A DNA stretch of 59,435 nt, filler included, from Circinaria calcarea (lineage: Eukaryota): NCBI GenBank assembly GCA_051942165.1. It is 5 parts of 5 records of this genome, joined end to end, with 100 filler letters (N's around TTAATTAATTAA, not from the genome) between each part and the next. Parts side by side here need not be neighbours in the genome. Positions count along the whole stretch, not along the records: positions 47,636 to 59,435 come from JAVECS010000641.1; 4 more parts are not named here. One strand, given 5' to 3'. Shown piece by piece: positions 51,576 through 59,435 of the stretch (the first letter of the stretch is position 1; every line of letters starts with the position of its first letter). The notes under the pieces are model-generated. The model was not told where the DNA came from and searched no databases. It saw only the letters and a list, made by a program, of their open reading frames with translations. The position numbers were made by a program, and so were the translations under genes.

Positions 51576-52610
51576 ATGTCTACCCCACCTCCCACCCATC
51601 CCAAGAACTTCTGCCTACCCCTCCTCATCGGCCAAGTCGCCTCCTCCGAATCTGACGGCGAAATCATTAACCCATGGGGGCCTACTCCAAAGGGGAAAAG
51701 GAGAGCATATCCAGAAAGAATGAAGAGGAAACTCCCTCTCCTTATCGGGCAAATCAACTCTTCCGACTCAAGTGGGGAAGTTAGCTATCGGCGGGGTCTG
51801 GCGGCGAAGGGAAAAGGGAGGGAAGTTGACGATGGGAGGAGAGGCCAGAATGTTTCTGTAGTTTCGGAGGAAGCGCGGGTGGGGGCGAAAGAAGCAAGTC
51901 CGGAGGAGGTGCTGAGTTTTTATTATGAGGGGGCGCCTGGTTCTGGATCGAAGGGTGTTGATCGGAATCGGACGAGCAGCGAGAGCGGAGACGGGAGAAA
52001 CCCGATCGCTCCAGCTGCAGCCCAATATGATGGCAGAGCAGAGCTGGAGGAGATAGAAGCCAGACAAGGACTTATCTTGTATACCGTACTCCTGCATCGG
52101 CAGCTCCAGGATCTGGCAGATCAAATTGCCCTTTACCGAGCAATGGACTCCCTTTTCGATGGAAGTGAGCATACTGAAAATTTGCATCCTGGGCGGTATT
52201 GAAGGAGCTGACGGTGCCCAGCACAAATGTCTAAAGGCTTATACGCATGGGAATTTCTCTGCACCCTCCATCTTCAACGTGTACGGAACGCAATACATAA
52301 CGTCGAGCAAAATCCAGCTGGGCCGGTGGTGTTGGCGAAAAATAAGTTTCTGGCGGGATCATTGTATCGGATTTGGAAATCGGATCGAGTTGGGGATGGA
52401 GTTGATTTGGCTCAATTCTTGGAACCTCCTAAATTCACGAGCTTAACGACCAGGAGGAAGAAGCTCAATGCTTTCTTGCAGGTCCTTGGAGAGACACTTT
52501 CAGGAGTTATTGCTGCGGCTGAGAAAGGTGCGCAATCAGCGGCGCAGCACATGATGGCTGTGGTAGCAGATGCTATTGAGATTTTGGGTAAACGTCGTCT
52601 TGGGCCGTGA
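51576..52610 (+). CDS. Orphan protein of ~325 aa, 2 exons (intron 52165-52221)
   Basis: CCACCATG start context. A GTGAGC..GCTGAC..CAG intron joins ORFs 51441-52202 and 52227-52610 in frame. Confidence 0.55.
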
Positions 52611-53413
52611 TGTTTAAACGTCCGCGTCCTTGAACCGCCCGAGTTCGAGAATGCTCGAGTAATTACTCAACAATTAGTTTCTTTTGTAGTTGAATTTTGA
52701 GATTGTTGCCTTGTCGAGATTGATCAATTAGGTGCTGAATTGAGGGAGAACAAATTGCATGTGGTTCATTCACATCTACAGTGTTTGATAAGCCGTTTAT
52801 TTGAACAGGCTTCGGCTTCCGAAACAATAAGATTGCTGTGCTACATGGTGTTTACTTGCCGTTTTGACGAGTGGTGAAATGTGACGATACCAGTTTGGCT
52901 AGGAGGGCAATCAGAAAACAATGTTTGCCGCAAAGTATCTGATATGGATGTACTGACCTTGGCAACCTCGTCGATAAGTGGACTACCTGAGTAAAGAATC
53001 CCAGGTGATGGTGTATTGGATGATGTAGCTGCCATACATGGTATGTCAATCTATATGAATGCCAAAACGTATTGCCTTGTGGGCATGCTTTTCGGATCCT
53101 TCCTATATGCCAGCTCAGAGGTGACTAGCGACGCTACCTCTCAGTGCCGGCGCAAACAGCAGCACACTGTTGTTTTCAAATAAGTCAAGTTAAGCTCCTA
53201 GATTTCTTGTGCAACATATCATGAGGTAAAACAAGTTGTATATCCCAGGCTATTCGATTTGGAAGTTCGATCGAGAGAATCAGAACACTTTAGATATCTG
53301 TCAAAACCTTGACCGTGTCCAATCGTGAATACCTATACGCCTATCATATTTGTTGATACCGCTCTCTGAACGCCCCACATGCGGTAAATCAGAGCACCAG
53401 AGCACCATAGATA

Positions 53414-54061
53414 TCATGAATTGTCTTCCAAACTCGCCCTCACACATGCTCTACACCTCTTCCTAAATTCTTTTATGTCATCCCTCCATAATCTTGCGGC
53501 CTCGACGTTCGCAGGGCTCTCATCGTTTGGGCTACCAAGCAGACTGATGACACTGAGCAGTATAGTTTCCGGCGTCTGCACCGGGGACCAACGTTCTGCT
53601 GCAGATTCGTAGCCGTATACATCTGCTTCAGGCGCATGGAGAATACTGATACAGACTTCACCGTTTGGATAGACTGCAGCCAGGGAATCGGTGGTTAGTG
53701 ATATTGCGCGTAGCAGAACGACTTAGAAACGTACTGTTGGGGTGAAATATAGGTGTTTCGAACTTCATCTTCGGTGGTAGATGTGGGTATTCAGGAGGAA
53801 ACGACAGTCGTGATCGAAAGAAACCACCTATCCATCCGGAGGACTCTCATGTTAGCTTCCATATTCCTCAAAAGATATCAACCCTTTCCAGCATATATGC
53901 GTACCCCCATAAAATCTGCACTCATCCGAGATCATGAGCATCACCTCCCACTCAAACACGTTGTTGCCCACCAGTCCGCAGCTAATCCCCGGAATGTCTT
54001 TGTCTCCTTGCATATGCTTGAATTGGCGACCTAAGAGCCCTGCAGCTGCTGAGCTCGCCAT
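53414..54061 (-). CDS. Ubiquitin-conjugating enzyme E2, UBE2G/Ubc7 family, 3 exons
   Basis: FPPEYPHLPPKMKF..FHPN|.YPNGEVCISILH, an acidic-loop insert YGYESAAERWSPVQ, and PNDESPANVEAA. Confidence 0.9.
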
Positions 54062-54560
54062 GTGTTTGAGGTAGTCTCTATCAAGTGGCGTTCGTGTGCA
54101 CGGTAAGACTCGGGGAGGCTAGTGAACAGGACCAACGAAGGAGGAATATGGATCTAAAAGGTCAGGATCTCAAATTACTGGAATATGAAGCAAGCTATAT
54201 CAGAGGGCTATTCTTGCTGTACTAGAATCTTAAAGCTTCTTGAATATTCCAACAAAGAAGGGTAAGTACGAGAGTTGTAGAGCCGAGTGACGGAATAAGG
54301 CCGGTTCTTCGGGAGCCTTCCGGAGCTAAGATTGAAAAGCCCTAATCTCGATCTATGTGGTGGTCTCTAGACGAAATTGCCCTTACGATGAATTACGACT
54401 CTACGTTACATAGGATAAATTCTAAGAGCACACCGCAGTGGCAGACAAGCTTGCCCCATCTCACATATGGGCAAGAGCAAATTCAAAGGCACATAAGGCT
54501 ACATAACCTGGTTCACATGATCTTGACTTCTGAGGATACGTTACATGGACGAGCTTGTTC

Positions 54561-56622
54561 CTAATCGATTCTAATCGAGCCATATATCCTATGCACGAAC
54601 GCCCAGCTTGCGAAGAAGCCAATAGTCCCTATTGACACCATTAGTGATCGCACGTTTGCTGACTGAGATGCTCAGACTTACCAGTCAAAACGAAGAAGAG
54701 GAAACTGATCAAACTGCTGTAACCTATGAATAGGACTACCGAAGTAAGACCAGAGAATCGAATTTTGATCATCCAATAGAGCAGGGAATACGCAAGCACA
54801 AACCCAGCACTCGCTCCAGCGCTGGAGAATGCCCTCCACTGCCACTGGTAATTCTCGGCACAAAGTAAATAGTATATAAACATAACAGTCACAGAAGCAC
54901 ACGTTATGATCATGATACCATAACAAATAAAGAGCCAGCCGAACATATAGTACACTTTGTCAGACCAGAGACTGTTCATTATGAAGAAGAGCTCGACGGA
55001 AATGGCGCCGAATGGTAATGCACCCACGAGAAGCATTGATGGGAGTGGACGGAGATAGTGCGTGCTTGGTGGAATTTGTCGAGGTATTTGATTCGTCTTG
55101 ACAGGTGCTTGAATTGCCTACAGCGGGTTATTCATGCGTTCAAATTATCTAGGATGGAGGTTCAGATACGTACCGGCTGTTTGAATCCAACCCAGCTTCC
55201 AACAAAGCTCAGGGGTACACTAACCAAGAACCATATACACACGATGACGAGCATTGTAGTGAATGGAACAGCACCACTTGATCTTCGAGCCCATAAAAAT
55301 AGGTTCAACAGGAAAAAGGTTCCAAACACGATTGCGGGTATAAAAACCGGGGTGAAAACAATGTTCTGCTTCCACGCGTCGCCCCCAAAAGTTTTGTAGA
55401 CGCGTGCAGATGTATAGCCACCAACAAAGCCGAACATGGTGTAGAGTAGTATCATCGTAGTGCCCAGGGAACCTCGCCATGAAGGCGAAACGAGTCCGAC
55501 AAGTGCAAACATGATAGTGATACCCGTCATGAAGAAGAGCTGAGTGCCGTTACCAAGGAAAATACTGAGGAGAAGTGGGTTTTTAGGTGATCGAAACACA
55601 TCACCATGTACCAACTTCCAGCCAGAATCTTCCTGCACACCATCCTCGGCGACTGCAGAGGTGGTAGAGAAATCATCAAGATTGAAAGTATCAAGCCTGT
55701 TATATCTCGCAAAGTCTTTCTTCAAGGCCCTCATGAGGATCGCCGACACAGTTCCAGTTAAGAAAAGGACGATGACAGTCGAGTTCACTAGTGAGAACCA
55801 ATGTATCGGGGGGTCTACCACACGGAGATACGTATCCCATCGTGTACCCCATGCAGTCGAGGAAGGCCGCCAAAGCACGCTGTAAGTCCAAGTCACGCTC
55901 GTTTCACCCTCTTCGGCCAAACTCAGGCGGTTATTTTCGTCTTCATATCCGCAGTCGGCACTATTCTCATCGAGGATCTTGTTGTTGGATCTTGAAGACG
56001 GACGGACCAGAACGCCGACAACGCTGTATTGTCCGGCACCATCATCATGGTAGTCGATGTATATCTCATGGTGATTGTTGAGTGTGGGTGGCTTGGTATC
56101 GTAGTGCTCACCCAACGGGAAGCCACGGCTGTAGTACTCCGGTCCGCCATCATATTCCGGGTATGGCGTCGCTGCTGGGAGACCGTCGATTAACCAGTTC
56201 ACAGAATAACTCTGCCATATTCTCATGTTGACAAACTTAGCATCCATCGGAAAAAACTTCTGCTCCTCGCATTCCGGTATCCGCTTGCACGTCTCATTCT
56301 TTAGCATGCGCAGTTCATAAGGTGAGTTCTTTATCCGGTCCCCAAAAATCACAGCCCCCAATGACTCTGATCCAACATCCTTTGGTCCATCTTTCGGTTG
56401 GCAAAAGTGAAAGGCTGGATGGTAGTAATCGAAAGAAATTGTTGACTTTAGTTGAAAATCGGGACCTCCTTGAACGGGAGTCAATCTATTGACGTTCAAC
56501 GAGACTAACTCGTCTCTTTTGTACGAGGTTGGCGCAACCCCTGGGATGTAGAAAGCCGCGGATGGGTTTGCTAGGAGTAAGGAAAGTAGGCCGCTCGAAA
56601 GAAGTGAGTTCTGCCACCGCAT
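54561..56622 (-). CDS. Nonaspanin / TM9SF (Emp70/Tmn-like), 3 exons
   Basis: Signal peptide then FYIPGVAP, ESLGAVIFGDRI, IHWFSLVNS, QEDSGWKLVHGDVFR, GALPFGAISVEL, ENYQWQWRAF, ending IYGSIRID. Confidence 0.93.
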
Positions 56623-57296
56623 GTTATCTTCACCACAAGTTGAACGTTGGTGAGTGATGTGATGCTGGCTTCAGGAATTCCCTGCAATGGGCTTCTCACG
56701 GCTGTTGGTTTCTAGGGTAAATCTTTCTCATCAGTCTGGAGGTCTGCATCCGCCGCAGGAAGCTTCAACGACAATGTTCGGATACTAGTAGGTTAAATTT
56801 GAATAATGCCGATGCGCCTGGTTTTCAGACACAGAAACCAAAGGTGTGTTTTGCTGTGATTAGCTGTCACGTAGTAGTTCTAAAAGTTCGGAGACCATCT
56901 AACAAGTGTCCGCTGCAGGGCTGACGCGCCTCAAAGGCAGTGAGCGTGGATCAACGGCCTTAAACCTTATTTGAACTGACGCACTAGTCCAGGTGATGAT
57001 ACAAGTAGTACTACTGTATAAAATACTCCATTCTACGTCTGGTTCGAATAGGGTTAAATACACTCTTGTGCAGACTACATGATCCATCTTAGTAGGCTAA
57101 ACAAATGCTGCACCCTCGACTTTCTACATAATTGCATGAACACATGATGTTGTAAGGCAAGCTAATCCCTCGCCCCTGAAAAAGACCACGGAGCCGATGG
57201 ATTGGATAAATGGCCTCAGGATGCCCTGATGATGGGTGACTCTTTGAGGGGTGAAAACGAACTCGACCAATCATACATAGGAAGTGGGATATCCTT

Positions 57297-58226
57297 TCAA
57301 ACCAGACCATCATAAAGTGACAATGCGGAAACAATAGTCTCGTCCCTCTTGCTCCCTTCCTTGAACTCGCCCATGTCCAGCGACCCATTCTCGTCTTTAT
57401 CCATCATCCGGAAGATCTTCTTCACTCGCTTTTCTGGGGTATCCTCATCCGGCGGTAGTTTCACCATTGAGCCAACCTAGTTTGGGCATTAGTTCCGACC
57501 CCATCCAAGGCAAAAAGATGCAAGTACCATTTTATAGATCGCTTCGACTATTTGTAGCATCTCACTGTAGCTGATCTGGCCGTCGCCGTCGATATCGTAG
57601 AGTTGGAATGCCCAGTCAAGCTTATCCTCCATTTTACCCCTCGACGTGACACTTAAAGCGCAGATAAACTCCTTGAAGTCTATCGAGCCCGATTTGTCTT
57701 TGTCGAAGACGTTGAAGACGAAGTCTGCAAAGGATGTAGGGTCGCCGTAGGGGAAGAATTGTCGATATATCTTTTGGAACTCGGGTTTTGTAAGCATACC
57801 AGAAGGACAGTCTTTCAAAAAGCCTAGGAGCAGGTGAGAATCTGGTCGGAACAGCGGGTGGAAGGCAAGCTTTACCCTTATACCATTGCTGGAGCTCCTT
57901 CTTATCGAAATGGGTCTCCTTCTGTAATTGGATAAGCTCATCTTGCGAGAGCTTAGACTGCCTAATGCCGCGCTTTAGTACACGGTGAACTTCTCTATCA
58001 CGGGTTTGAGTAGAGCCAGGCGCGACTCCAAACCCAGAACTTAGGGATGGAAGGTGTATGAAATCGAGCGGAGCATGTATATAGCTCTCAGACGATATGC
58101 TGCGAGGAGTGCCTCCAATGCGATTTGTGCTGAGTACTACCCATTTGGTTGCGCGGCAAACCGCCTTCAACTGAGAACCGCAGTTTGATATGAGAAAACA
58201 GAAACTGCTTCTTACCGATTTCCCAT
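57297..58226 (-). CDS. FRQ1: Neuronal calcium sensor / frequenin (Frq1/Ncs1), 4 exons
   Basis: [37 protein letters not shown]-hands [20 protein letters not shown] and DKDENGSLD. Ends ALSLYDGLV. Confidence 0.95.
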
Positions 58227-58750
58227 ATTCGTCTACCACCGTCGAAGGTTCTACCTGCGTCAAAGCTTGAGCAAATTCCGTATGTTGTATGTTGACAAAT
58301 CCGAATTGAGGGGCAAGGTCAATGAAGGAGGGGTAGATAGCTAGAGCAAGCAGCAATGCGGTCGTGAGCTTCCAATACCCATATATCAGGGATAGCTGGT
58401 GAAGAGGAATCTGCAATGATGGTTGAGAGCAAGGGTAGCACAAGTTCAGTTTAGTTAAATGGGAAGAACCGATCGTGAGAGCCAAATAAGATAGGCTGCT
58501 GTTAAGGTCGCCGCCTGCCTATCGCATGCCGCGAGAAATGCCTGCATGACGCTTGGCCTTGTGAGGTCTCGACCTATTATCCCCACATATTGGGATACAA
58601 GGTAGTTCGCTAAAAATTACCTTAACTTCTCCCATCAATTGATCTGTCACATCTGCCCATCGTTCACCAATTGCCTGCACTTTTATCTTCCTCAATACTG
58701 CCTCCCCAACCGATACCCTTCCCTCGCCATCTCCCCACCGAAACAAAACA

Positions 58751-59435
58751 ATGAACACCTCTCTCCAAACCTCCCTGACCAGCCTCGAAACCGCGCTCAC
58801 CACCCTCATCGACTCCATAACCTCTTACAACCCCTCTCCCGCCGCCGCTCAAGACCTCCTCACCGCCGACGACGCTCTGACTCAAAATCTCCACCGCTGT
58901 AACCCTTCCACCCCATTCCCCCTTTTCTTCTTTTAACACCCCTCAAAATTTCACCCCTCAAAATTTCACCCCTCAAAAACTCACCCCTACCAAAACCCAC
59001 CATTCGCTAACCCTCCCCTTCCTCCCACAGTATCCACCCACCAAACCAACCACCAGCGAATCCTCTCCCTCAGAAACACAGCCGCCAGCCTCGACGAGTC
59101 GATAAAATCCACACTGACCCTCCTCGCCGAGACGCGGCAGGAAATCCTCGCCACGCCCGCAACCTCCACCCGGCCGAACGAGCAACGACGACCGGTCCCC
59201 TACGCCGAGCTGATGAACTACGCCAAGAACATTGCCAGATACACGCCCCCTTCTCCACCGGCGCCGGAACCTCTCCCCCCCGCCGACCCATCCACGCAAA
59301 TCTCCGAGTCGCAACCCCAACGGCCGAGTCAACTGTCCAACGGCATCAGCATCTCCCTCTCCTCTCAAACCCTTTCTCAAACACCACCCTCCCTCGACCC
59401 CCTTCCATCAACATCCACAACTACCAACCCCGCCC
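58751..59435 (+). CDS. MED4: Mediator subunit Med4-like, runs off the window
   Basis: LETALTTLIDSITSYNPSP.AA.DLL.ADD.L, HQ.NH.RI.SLR and VPYAELMNYAKNIARYT. Intron ~58899-59030. Confidence 0.75.
58937..58996 (+). repeat. Intronic 15-bp tandem repeat (CACCCCTCAAAATTT), ~4 units
   Basis: Two exact and two degenerate units. Confidence 0.85.

Noticed and set aside
57634..58485. 283-aa ORF upstream of and overlapping FRQ1
   Set aside because: It is read-through of the 5' region and intron 1. The real start is the myristoylation-type MGNRQS at 58226.

Overview
Eukaryotic, intron-containing fungal DNA (filamentous ascomycete, Pezizomycotina-like). It is five contigs joined by four artificial 100-bp N/TTAATTAATTAA spacers, so adjacency across spacers is not biological evidence. 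Most of the window is housekeeping genes: Prp4, Ptc7, Mps1, bL21m, Nsa2, an RWD-RBR ligase, Gyp7, a GAS2 protein, Hus1, a DnaJ-X protein, Erg9, an F-box-like protein, Gpi14, TRAX, an RPEL protein, an E2, a nonaspanin, Frq1 and Med4. Accessory genes are an MpaB-like oxygenase beside a membrane protein, a GMC oxidoreductase, a HET protein and an orphan gene. The most striking structure is on contig 2. A highly reducing PKS (KS-AT-DH-cMT-ER-KR-ACP) carries two oppositely oriented copies of a ~249-bp TG...CA LTR-like element. The 2.6-kb KS-to-mid-AT segment between them lies on the opposite strand to the rest of the gene, and the 5-bp target-site duplication CTACT is split across the inversion. 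The PKS also has a premature stop and a frameshift, so it is a pseudogene. The inversion may be real or an assembly artefact at an inverted repeat. I see no convincing wholly new biological system beyond this.
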